A stretch of 54,366 bases of DNA, filler included, from Perkinsus olseni (taxonomy: Eukaryota): assembly GCA_013115125.1 (NCBI GenBank). It is 2 parts of 2 records of this genome, joined end to end, with 100 filler letters (N's around TTAATTAATTAA, not from the genome) between each part and the next. Parts side by side here need not be neighbours in the genome. Positions count along the whole stretch, not along the records: positions 1 to 27,142 come from JABANN010000471.1; 1 more part is not named here. One strand, given 5' to 3'. How positions within the stretch are numbered: the first letter of the stretch is position 1; each line of letters starts with the position of its first letter. Below the pieces are notes generated by a model. The model was not told the origin of the DNA and did not search any database. It was given only the letters and a program-made list of their open reading frames with translations. This document shows, piece after piece, positions 1-11,618 of this stretch. A program made the translations under genes and the position numbers.

Positions 1-72
<72 letters not shown>
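1..72. repeat. (AAC)n microsatellite, truncated by the window edge
   Basis: Perfect aac repeats from base 1 to about 72. Confidence 0.98.
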
Positions 73-74
<2 letters not shown>

Positions 75-1590
75 ATTGGGTTCTGATTAAGAATTTGAAA
101 GACCATCGCTTCAAGCGATTTGCTTGACTATCTATGAAATGATCAAGTCATGTCAGCAAAGTATCGACGAGCATGAAGATCGTACGGAACAGCTACGACC
201 AGTTCACGTGCTGGGCGTGACGCCTAGGACGATGGGCCAGCTTTTTTAGCTTACCGGATTTTTCCGCTCATTGGCCACGCGTGTATAGGTTTCTCCCTGT
301 GAGAAGGCATTCTCGGTGGGCTGTGCTATATCGCTAATCTGTTGCCACTGGCAACTTGCCAGCCGTGCAATTGCAGTGAACTCACCTTCTCAACGGGTTA
401 TGTGAAACCCGGTGGTTCGCCACCGGAGTAGTTCGGCCACCGAACCACCCGCCCGCCGGGTGGTTGCGCCAGTCTCACATTTCTCATTTCCTCCAGACCG
501 TGCTGTGTTATACCGTCTCGGACACGGCCATATAAGGCTGAGGACGAGAGTGTATTCAGTTCATTCTGTTCGTTAACTAAGAGTCGGATCGCGACGAGGA
601 GCGTTGTATCCTCCCGAATGATCATGGTCGAATAGGCCAACAGCAGTTCTTGATCTACTACTTCGCTCGTCTTGCAACATTACATTCCTACTTCTCAGTT
701 CGCGTCTCAGTTCGCGTTAGTCATTGGTAAACTCAGTATGCCTTGAGACGTGAGAGAGATGTGGCGAGTCCCCATCGAGGTACGGCCGTCTCGGCGCGTA
801 GCCCGTCCGGTCTTTGTAGGAGGGGACGGGCTGCGCACGAGCCTCCTAGTGAGGCATCACTGTGCGTCGCCTCCACAGCATAGTAACACTCGTGCATCTG
901 CTCTCACGGCTATGAGCATGGCTCCAAAGCTACCGCAACCAATGCTCGATGGGCGGAGAGCCGGGTGACCAATCAATCGTACGCTGTAAGCTCCGTGTTT
1001 TCATAGGGCCCCGAACAGTTGAAGATCTCTGTCCGATACCCTCTCTCTATGATGTCCATGAGTCAATCGTAAGGGCATTCTTCGGCTCCCATGCCTTACT
1101 CAGTTCACCCGTACGCGGCTAGCCTTTCTGTATGGACTCTCTGCTATCATAACTGTTGCGCCGTGTTGTGTTGTCGTTAGTTCACATTCTCGGTTGTGTT
1201 TTCCGAAGTCCGCATAACCGTTGGGCCTATTATACATGGCGAAAGTGGCCACTCAAGTAGATCTTGAGTTGAGGGCTATGAAAGTAGGCCCCTGGGTCTA
1301 TTAGTCAGCGCCTTATCGGCTTTTCATCGGCACACCATCATAGCGGCGCAATCCGCCTACTTTCATATTTTGATTTGTCATCTGATGTTGCGATGTGCGG
1401 GAATCGAACCTGGATCGCTGGATGGCTCGAATGTCATTTCTCCCGCGAGATCACCCACACTCCTCGTTGCGCTTCGCAGCTGGCTTAGGCGCGGAACTGC
1501 GTAGATTTTCTCTCGTGCCGTGAGCTTGTCATGAATCTCTCTCTCACCTGAGACTTTGCTTACTAGTTGTTTGCTTCTGCCAAATTGTCG

Positions 1591-4500
1591 ATGCCCCAAG
1601 CAGAGAACACCTCCGCGGTTCGGGCGTCATCATCACTACCCGAGTATCCTAAGGGTAGGTCAACTACCTCTCCCATGACGACCTAGGTCATGTGACGTAT
1701 CTTATCAACCTCAGGCACACAGGTGTGGATACGGGACGATGAACTGGTGTGGAAGTGCTGTGAGATACAGACTACTGTAGGGGATGATTTCATCGTCAAG
1801 TTCGACGATGACACCGAGGCTAAGATACCCAGGCAGCAGGAGGTAGTACTTGAGCTTCTCGCTTCGCTTGGTCTGTTTACTTTGATCGTTCCCAGTTCCA
1901 TCTTCGAAATAAGGATGTCTTCTCCTCGGAAGGGTTGGTAGTACTAGACGATCTCACCCAACTACAACACTTGCATGAGCCTGCGTTACTACATGCCCTG
2001 CAAATACGGTTCGACACCGACAAGATCTACACCTTCACAGGTTGGTCTTGCCAGTGTGCTGATCTCCTCCTTCCGACTGGAGTATGCTCAGGCCCGATAC
2101 TGATTGCCATGAACCCATTCAAACGTATACCGGGCCTCTACGATATCGATAAGCTCGACCAAGTACTGCGGAATCCTGCATGTGCCAGAGAGCCTCACGT
2201 CTTCGCTGTGTCGAACTACGCGTTTAGAGGCTTATGCGACACGGAAACCCCGCAGACTGTGCTCATATCTGGAGAGTCTGGTAATATTGAAGGGAGCGTC
2301 ACAATGTGGGGAAGAGAGGTCCTTCCCAGGCGCCGGTAAAACCGAAACGACCAAGTTCGTGATGAAATTCTTGGCCCTCGCTGGTGCCGGGGACCAGGGC
2401 GTATCTAATGTCGAGAAGAAGGTCTTAGAGAGCAACCCGGTGCTCGAGGCCTTCGGAAACGCCCGTACTCTGAGGAACGACAACTCTTCTCGGTAGGCTT
2501 TGTGAGCGTCCGTGGTCACTAGCTGAATGGCCCGGAGCAGGTTCGGCAAGTTTATCCAACTTCAATTCAAGGACACATCGCGGCATCGCCATCATCACGC
2601 CTTCCATGGTCCTCGAGGGAGCACTGCTGCTTACCTCCGCCGGGAACTGGAGACTTCGGAATTTTCTAACACCTACAGATTAGCGGGAGCCAAGACCCAA
2701 ACCTATCTTCTCGAGAAGGTACTGCGAAGCTGGTGCCTTTCCGGGTGGTGACTCGAGAGCTCGTGGCTTGTGATTCAGGTCCGAGTATGTGACCAACAGG
2801 AGGGGGAGAGAAACTACCATATCTTCTACCAGTGTGCTGCGGCTGCAATGGCCGTCGCTGGCTCGGTGAGTCCGACCTGTGTTGTGATGGAAATTGAAGT
2901 GATGGTTTTGTCAGAAACTGTATAAGTTTCCGCAGTACCTCGAAGATGCCCCTCAGAGCGCAGAGATCGATCTCACTGGCTTCAGCGATGTATCGACGTT
3001 CAAGTATCTTACTAAGTCCAGTACACTGGTGTTGGATGATGTTGATGATGTGGAGCAGTTTGAGATTACCAGTAGTAACGGCCCGGGCTTTGAGCGTGAC
3101 TGTGACATATCCAGCGGTCGAAGCTTGCTAAAGCTCCACTGTGCTGGAAACTGTTCGCCTGCCCGAAAAATGCAGTGTGATGTACTCGGCATGGGGCAAG
3201 GGAAATTAAGCCTAGTCCTAGTGAGCCTCTGGGGTACGCTGAGTACATTGTGGTTCGATACGGTTATCGGGCGGGGTATTTACGCCATACTGATACGAGT
3301 AACTTCCTGAAGCGTGGTAAACCTGTTGTCTTAGTCCGGGCTATGCTGACCGTCGGGATCTCGGTACCGGAGATCAACTCCATGATGAACGTCATAGCAG
3401 CTGTACTGCGACTGGGCAATGTAATAAATGGGTGGGGGCTTGGTCGTTATGATGATTTTAATTTTCCTTCAGATCAAATTCCGTTCTCCTAATTGGGATA
3501 GTGATGCATCGGAGTTGGACCCGAGCAGCGAGCCGGACTTCTTCCTTCTCATGAGGCTGTTGGGGTTGGAAGATGCTGAGGCCCTCCTCAGGGCCCTCAC
3601 CACCAAGACCATCACAACCCGTATGGAGGTCTATCATACCCCGGTCAGCGTCCATACTGTAATAACGTCTCTCGCCGGTCTGTTGTGAACTGCTTCTGCT
3701 GTGCTTCAGGCTGTGGAGTCGTGTGATTCCCTGGCACGGCAGCTGTACGGGCTGCTCTTCTTGAGGGTCGTCTCTCGAACCAATGACTCAATCGGTAATA
3801 TCGGGATGTCTGTAGCAGTGGAATCTACTGGGGACTGTTTTGTCACCGTACCGTAGCGTGTGTAGCACATATCCTCGAAGGAAGCCTCCCGAACTGGCAC
3901 AGCTTGGAACAAAGCTAGCGGAGAGCCCTCGACAAAATTTCTCACGATGCATGCCTATAGTAACCGTGGCATGCCATGGAAGGCAAACGCTGAGACATGG
4001 CAAAGCCCAGAATCAACGGAGGGATCGAAAGCTCACGTGTCCTGCCAAAAGTGACTGATCGGCCTGGGTGTAACTTCATAGGCGTTGGCATGGGGTTGGG
4101 AGTCTTCATAGGCCCCTTGTCATTCGAGTATGGGAGAATCTTTCCTTTTCAGGTTACGATCCCAAGGCCAAGCTCTTCTGTGGGGTATTGGATATCTTTG
4201 GCTTTGAATGCTTCAAGGTCAACTCATTCGAGCAGCTTTGCATCAACTACACCAATGAGAGGCTACAGCAGTTCTTCAATAATTTCATTTTTAAGATGGA
4301 GGTAATAATGATTTCAAGACGAATCTTTGCGTTTCTTCCTTGGATCAACCTATCATGAAAGATACCTCGTTAAACCGAACTAATAGCTCTTTGAGGGACC
4401 CTCTAATTCGCATTACTCAATCGTCGTGAGCTTACCGCACTTCTGTGTAGGAGCAACTGTACGCTGAGGAGGGCATCGCCTGGGACCCTCTTGACTTCCC

Positions 4501-7500
4501 AGACAACCAGGATGCTGTGGACCTCCTGGCCGACTCTCGAATGGGTATATTCGCTCTGTTGGACGAGGAATGTGTCATACCTGGGGGCTCGGATAAGAAC
4601 TTTTGCTCCAAGCTGTGCCATCGCTACAAGGACCATCGGAGGTGAGCCCCGATGGTGACGGCTGTGGAGGGGATGATGGTCTGTTCAGGTTCGACATCGT
4701 CAAGACTAGACAGGACTGTTTTGTGGTGAACCATTTCGCCGGTCCGGTAGAGTATGATACAGAGGGCTTTATGGACAAGAACAAGGACCAGGTACTTGGA
4801 GGGGATGCTGCGGCTTCTATAAGTCTGGGTTGTGATGGCTCATCATCATAATAATGAGTGGAAATTTTCGGATGACATAGCAATGGACATCATTATCGTT
4901 CACGTAGTGGGAATCACAACAGCTTGACCTTAACCAAATTTTACATAATTTTCGAGGATTGCTCGAGAGTGCTCCTTCCGCAGGCCCCCGCTCTTAGGCG
5001 GCCTGTTTTCTCCTGCGGTACTGCATTGGTCGCTGTTGCGTGTAGATGTCGTACTCCCTGTTTAAAGTGATGAAGGCGTCCACGTCGGCATATGTCTCCA
5101 CACTCTTTACGGAGTATGAGGACACCAAGTTCCAAGACCCAGACTCGGCCTCGAGCGGCAAGTCCAAGAAGAAACTTACGACCATCAGTGGAGAGTTTAA
5201 ACAACAGTTAAATGAGCTGATGGTAGGACGGGCGCATCTTAGGTTGAAGAGGGGTACTGATGGATATCTGCAGGATACGGTGAAGGAGACAGAGCCGCAC
5301 TTCATTCGGTGTATCAAGCCCAACCCGATGAACCTCCCGGATGTCTACGATCGACCTAGCGTCTGTGAGCAGCTGCGATACGGCGGTGTTCTGCAGGTGA
5401 GTAGCCGTCCCTCTGTGATTGTTTTTGTATATACGGAAGCTTAGGCCATCCAAGTGTCCCGAGCGGGTTACCCTGTCCGTATCTCTCACGAGGATTGCTG
5501 GCTGGACTACATGCAGCTGGTGAAGGGTAGGATGATGGTAGTAGATGGCTGCTCCTGTGTAGCGGTTGTCTTCAAGGTGACCTAGCTGAGTACCTGGCGG
5601 AGCCGGACATGTCCAAGAGATGCTTGAAGCTGCTCACGACAGTGTCGAAGGTGGTGGTAGTCTGTAGAGGCTTCTCGTTTACAGCCTGGATGGTGTTTAG
5701 GGCCTGGGTATTGAGGATGGCCTGTGGGAGGTTGGCAAGACTTTAGTGTTCTTCAAGCAGAAGGCCTTCGATACGCTCCAAGTGAGTCGTGGTGGTGGCG
5801 GCGTCTATTACTCAACATCGATCGTCCTCTCAGAATGCTCGATTGGAACTGCGCGCAGAGGCCGCTACGAAGATCCAGGCTCAGTGGCGCGGTCTGCGGA
5901 CTCGGGCGTGGTATCAGTTCGCCATCATATGCCTGGTGAAGATACAGGCTCTCATGCGGGGCAAGATCGCCCGGATCCGCGTTGCCAATATCCGTCGGGA
6001 GTCCGCCGCTCTCAGGATTCAGAGCTGGTAAGGGCAATCACGAAAGACAGCGAGCGTGATGTGGTGGCGTCAGGTGGCGTATGATAAAGGAAAGGGTGTG
6101 GTACGAGGATGTAGTGCGCAAGGTCGTCCTCATACAGTCGATCCAGCGCGGCAGGATGGCAAGGGCCTTTGCCGAGGAGGTTGGTGGTCAGTGGATGGGG
6201 GATGGATGGTAGAGTGTACTGTTGTTAGTATCGGGTGAATACAGCAGCAGCGAGGATCCAGGCGGCATGGAAGGCTTGGCACGTGCGGCGACAGTATGTT
6301 GCTCTGCGGGCTAGTGTACTGGCAGCCCAGAGGCAGTTCAGGATGAGGGCTGCCAAGATGCAGCTGAGGAGACTGAAGCAGGAGGCGAAGGTGGGGGGGG
6401 GAGGTAGCCAACTGGGCGTCCTGGATGGCTGATGGTGTCAGGAAGTTGGATCGTTGTTGGCCAAGTACCAGAACGCCCAGGCTGAGGTTACCTCTGTTAA
6501 GAAGAAGCTTGCTGAGACCGAGGCGTTGCTGCTGCAGTCGAGGAGTGAGAACCAGCAGTTGAAGACGGGCAGAGAGGTGAGGAGCTGCGTGGGGGACTGC
6601 AGCCTGCTGACTGTTGCCATCAGACGCTGAGTCAGCGTATTGTTCTGTTGGAGGGGCAGTTGGACGCTGCTGTGAAGAAGCATCACGAGGAGATGGAGCA
6701 ATTGGCGTCACAGCATACTGAGGAGCTTGCCGCAGTCGGTGGTAGTAGTAGCGGGGTGCCGGGATCGAACCTGCGCCAATGTCGGATTTTCCAGGTGCTG
6801 CATTGGTAGCGGGAGGCGCTGCTGGTGCTGGTGCCGGGACTATGGCTGGTGGAGCGAGTGCTGGTCAGTCGATGGTCTCCACAGCTGCCACTGGCGGTGG
6901 CCCTGCTGGTTTGTCGAGAGTACCCTCGCCTCGGGTGTCGCCCTCAGGGAGCGTATCAAGTCCTTCGGCCTCGGCGGTAAGGCTGGGGGTGGGGGTGGGG
7001 GTGGGGTGTCGTCCAGTGTGCATCGGTCTGTGATCAGGTTGGACTGGATGCTGCTGCTGCTGCTGTCGCGGGAGGTGCGGAGAGCGCCTCGGTGGTACGG
7101 CTGAGGCAGTCGCTGGTGGACGCAAACTCCAAGAGTGAAGTGTTGGAAAGTGAGAATGAGAGGCTGAAGGAGGAGCTGGCACGGGTCAACAAGGAGAGGG
7201 AGGTAGTATGGGTATCTTTCATGCGGGAGGCCGTGGGTTCGATTCTCTGCCGGGTCGTTTTCTCCTCTATCGTTATTGCTATTCAGGAGTCGGAGGCCAA
7301 ATACCAGACCATGTTGAAGAACACAGTCTACCAGTCCCAAGCTGCCACTCATCAGGGTCCTGCCCCGTCGAGAGCCGCCACAGATGCTGCTGGTCTGGGC
7401 GCGCGCAATGTGGATATCCAGCTGGTCGGACCTCAGGGAGTGGTAATTAGGATGCGGTGAAGTTGTGGTACAGGATCATGCCTCTCGTTGTTGTATAGGG

Positions 7501-10500
7501 CAAGTCACCTCTTCTGGCCGGCCTTATCCAACAGCTCGATCCGAGCAAGATGCCGGAGTTCGAGCGAAACCGGTCTAACCTGATGGCCCACTACCAGCTG
7601 CAATTCAAAGACAACGCTGGCAGGGACAGGTAAGGAGGCTGCTGCTGGTCCTTCAGGAGGACTTGCTTGGGTGTAGGGTACTGAAGGTTCTGGACTGCAA
7701 CGGCAACAAGAGGGCCCAGCATTTGGTGAGGGAGTGGTTCGCCCGGTCGCGATGGGTAGGCAAGGGAGGTGGTCTGTATCATGGAACTGTTGTTATTGTT
7801 ACAGGTCATCTGCGTGTATGATATATGTTCGAAAGATTCCTTACACCAGGCATTGTACCTGATGAGGGAAGGCGGCAGGATGGGTGCCAATGTAATCACC
7901 TCATGCGCTGATCGACGCGTGCGCAGCGAGCGTTCTGCTCTAAGAAGTTTTGGATGGTTATGATCGCTCATCGCTGTCGGCTTCAAGGCGAGCGTTATGG
8001 GCCGGAAAAAGGATTTTGCGTAGACTAACGTTCCCTGTGGCGTGCCTTGCCCTACAGGGTCTTCCTTCTGAACACCCTCTGTGCCCTTCTGAACTCTGAT
8101 GACCTTACTATGGGACCTTGCTTGTGGGTAGTGTTACTGTTGGTCGATGGTCAGGTCCTGTTGTTCGGCAACCTTCAGCCAGCCCAAGCAGGCAAGGCTG
8201 CTGCTGCTGCTGCCCCGGTGGACGTTATGGAGGCTAAGGATGCTGCAGCTAGTGCCAACGCTTTGGCTGTGGAGGGCAACAGGCTGATGGACGCGGTAAC
8301 GATTGGAGTGGTATGGACTGCTTCACCGTTCTCGCTATAGGTACGACTTATTTTGAGTGACCTTGATGCCAATAGAGTTGCCGCCGCGGCCTCTCAACAG
8401 CTGCCGAGTCGGAAGGAGACTGCTGTAAGCGGGGTAGTGCGGTCACGGACTGATGATGATTACTACCATCTACGGTGGTCTAGCTAGATTGTCTAATGGT
8501 CTCGACGGTGTTTGATTCCGTTGTGCTGTAGGTCTCCTCGACAGCGTCATCATCATCATCAACAGCAGCGGGGGGTGCTGGGGCAACACCATCAAGCCGC
8601 GTGCTGCGGGCCGACTCCCATGCCAGCTCCCATACACTGAGTGGTGCATTGGAGACCTTCAAGGGCTGGTTCAAGGGCTCGGGTAGTAGGGGCAAGGGTC
8701 ACGAGCAGCTCCATCGTACTCATCGTCATTTTCCATTTTTTGTGTGCGTCTCCCACCAGTGAGGCTGCTTGAATGAATCTTCTTTTCTCACGAGAGGTGC
8801 CCCCTTCCAAAGGTTGAGTGGATTACGGTTGTGATGGGTGTCAGGATCGTCGTCTGCCTCCTCATCTGGGTGGCCTGGCCTGCACCCTATGCAGGTCATC
8901 CGTGCCGGCTGGAGGCCTTATTTCTTCCAATGATAGTACTGAATGCTAATGAACTGCACTTTAGACGTACAAACTCACAGTATCGCTTGTGGGGCTGTGG
9001 AGTGTGCTGTTGCTGTACTAGCTCTCTTTGAAAGGAGGAGGCACAAAGGCCACTGGAGCCATTCTTGGCGCCTTTCGAGTCCTAAGAGACTGTTAGTAAT
9101 GCTTGTTAAGTTATAACCTTGAGCGTTCCTCCGCCTCTTCCGAGTTCTTGGTTGCTGTCACTGTCATCCTTCCATCGTCGATGCGTTGTTAATGGGCTTC
9201 ATGGCTATATCTCGTGATCAGATAACAAAGCTCATCGTTCTGGGGGAGTACTGAAGGCATCATTACGGGGCAACAAGACGATGAAAGAGCGTGGTAGTCC
9301 GAATAAGGATCCGCCGGTGGCAGACGTCCGACCTGTGCAGGAGATACAGGTAAGGGCTGAGCTGATGCGAAGGATCCTTTATCGTCACACCACACCTTTC
9401 CCTACAGGACTCGGAAACTGCTGTGACGTGTATTGCATTCGGACAGGAGAAGTTGCATCGATCGCACATCCTACTGGCCGCAGCCTCCAAGGATGGTAGG
9501 CGACGGCTCGACAGACGCCGGCGTTATCAGGGCATCTTCGACTATGATACGACCAGTGATGAGCATGAAGACTCTCACGACGATCAGAACTGCTTAATAT
9601 GATTATTATTATTTCTACTATTGATTGCCGCGCGTAAGGTACGGTCGTTATATACCGTTGCTACCGTACCGAGATGGAACTAGCTCGGCTGGAACCGTCT
9701 GATTTCCCCAACGACGATGCGTCGAGCGATCGGCAAGAGGCTCCGGGCGCCAAGGTTGTCCTGCATTCGAGGCTGGTAGGCTCCTGCCACTTGTTTCGCC
9801 TGGTCTCGTCCGCGTGTCTGTTCGCCTGTTGAAAGTATGAAGTTTGTTCGAAGGCAACTCGACTGTCTAGAAGGCCGATTGGTTGTACTCTTATTTATTG
9901 TTGTCGAAAATGGCAGTGATTCTAGCGGAGCGATGCTCATGTTACGATTGTATATTACTTGATTGCTGTGCTGTTTTTGCTGTTGTTCCTTATCCGCTGC
10001 TGTTTCGATACCTGTTGATGGTGTGTTCAGGTTGGTCACAGTAGGGCTATCACGTCTATGTTTTTCAATCTCCTGGAGGACACTATCGTGACCACCAGCA
10101 TCGACAAGTCGGTGCGCTTCTGGATGGTGGATACTGGAGAGATGCTTAAGGTGGGCGCCGGCCTTCCGACTGCTGCCATCGGATGTGGCTGTTGAAGGTC
10201 TTCACGGATAGCTCGCCCGTGCCGGTGGCGTGCTTCCTCCCGTTCAATCCGCAAGTGTTCGTGGCGGCCAACTCCAATGCGGTGCTCCGACTGGTAGGCG
10301 GGGTGGTTGTCGTCACGGGGTGTGATATAGCAATCAGGTGAACGTTCAAAATGGATTGGTACTGCAGAAGTTGAAGGTTGAGACAGAAGTGCGGTGCCTC
10401 CGGTTCGACGACACGGGTCTCTTCCTGCTGGCGGGAACTAAGAACGGCGCTATCCACGTGCTGGAGGCAAGCGACAGGTAATCACACACATCAAGGTTGA

Positions 10501-11281
10501 TTCTTTCGGAAACTCTTGGGGAGGGTGGTGATGATATCGATCGGCTCTGGAGCGTCATAGTATTCTTGAAGGGGCGGGCTGCTGCCTCCCTAAGCAGCCA
10601 CAATGTCTCGCTGTTGTTGTAGTGCCAACTTGAAGTTCAAGTTCAAGTTCCAATTGTCAAGGGCTGGTATCACGTGCATCACCTTCGTCTCTGCGGCACA
10701 CGGGAACCCTCCGATGCTCCTAGTCAACACTAGCGACTCGAATGTTAATGTCATCGATTGCACCTACGGTAGGGAATGGGTATGTTCCAACCATGCTGAG
10801 GTTCTCCTAGCAGGTCCCCCTCCTGGAGTACTCACCAACTTGACCGTGCGTCACCGCCTACGGGTGGCGCACTCGCTGCTGCCGATCAAAAGTTGCTATT
10901 CCCCAAGCGAGATGGGCTACTGTATATCAGGGTCGGAGGATAAGGGGGTTTATATCTACTCCTTGGCGAAGACAGGCAATTACCGTATGAGTATCTTACA
11001 CCATCATACGGTACCTGTAGTGGCAGTAGCGACCAACCAGCAGGTAGGGTGAGCCTGTGGACGCTGGGGCTGCCGGTCTTCTCTGGGATGGCTATCACCA
11101 CTGAGGGATGAGGAGTCGTTGGTGCTCAGGAGAGTGTTGTTGTCGTCTTCAGGATGCCCTCCTGGCGAGCGCGGACTCGCTAGGCAAGATAGTGTTGTGG
11201 CGGCGAGTGGACTTCTCCCATCTGGAGTCAGCCTCTGGTGGGGCATCTTCGAGCTCCCATCATCACCATCACGGCCGATGA
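1591..11281 (+). CDS. MyoF: Myosin F-like (alveolate class XXII) heavy chain, multi-exon: motor, IQ motifs, coiled coil, Rab-like domain, WD40 tail
   Basis: Spliced reading starts [15 protein letters not shown]. Motor motifs: [29 protein letters not shown]-loop GESGAGKT (split by intron 2281-2329), [71 protein letters not shown] motifs IQAQWRG and IQAAWK follow. The WD40 tail reads [65 protein letters not shown]. Stop TGA at 11279-11281. Confidence 0.92.
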
Positions 11282-11618
11282 TGGGGATTGCTGGAAATTC
11301 TAACCTAGGAGGATGTGTTGTGATTTCATAAACCTTTTTGTGCATCGATGGGGATCTCACAGGGATCTGCATCTGACTATTGTACAGGCCGTCGCCGCGT
11401 CACTGCTTCTCACTGCCTCTAGGGGATTGAGTCAATGAGTGTCAATAAGGATGGGCTACTGGGGTCGTTCAATGAGCTAATTTTCGAATCAAAAATCGGT
11501 CCTGGAACGGAATTTCACTTGTAAAAATCGATTCCAGAATCGATTGTGAGGTTCAGAATCACCTTAATGAACGGGGTGTGTGAGCTTGAATCTTTCGCAG
11601 TATCTTTAACTGCCTGTC

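Noticed and set aside
1-72. (AAC)n as a telomere or retrotransposon tail
   Set aside because: Not a telomeric motif I recognise, and the upstream context is outside the window, so it cannot be tested.
694-717. 12-bp tandem duplication ctcagttcgcgt x2
   Set aside because: Only two units and no spacers; ordinary slippage, not a CRISPR-like array.
398-1599. Short ORFs upstream of the myosin gene
   Set aside because: No recognisable domains or coherent exon chain.
9950-11281. WD40 region as a separate gene
   Set aside because: Exons splice in frame from the myosin tail, and motor plus WD40 is the known MyoF architecture.
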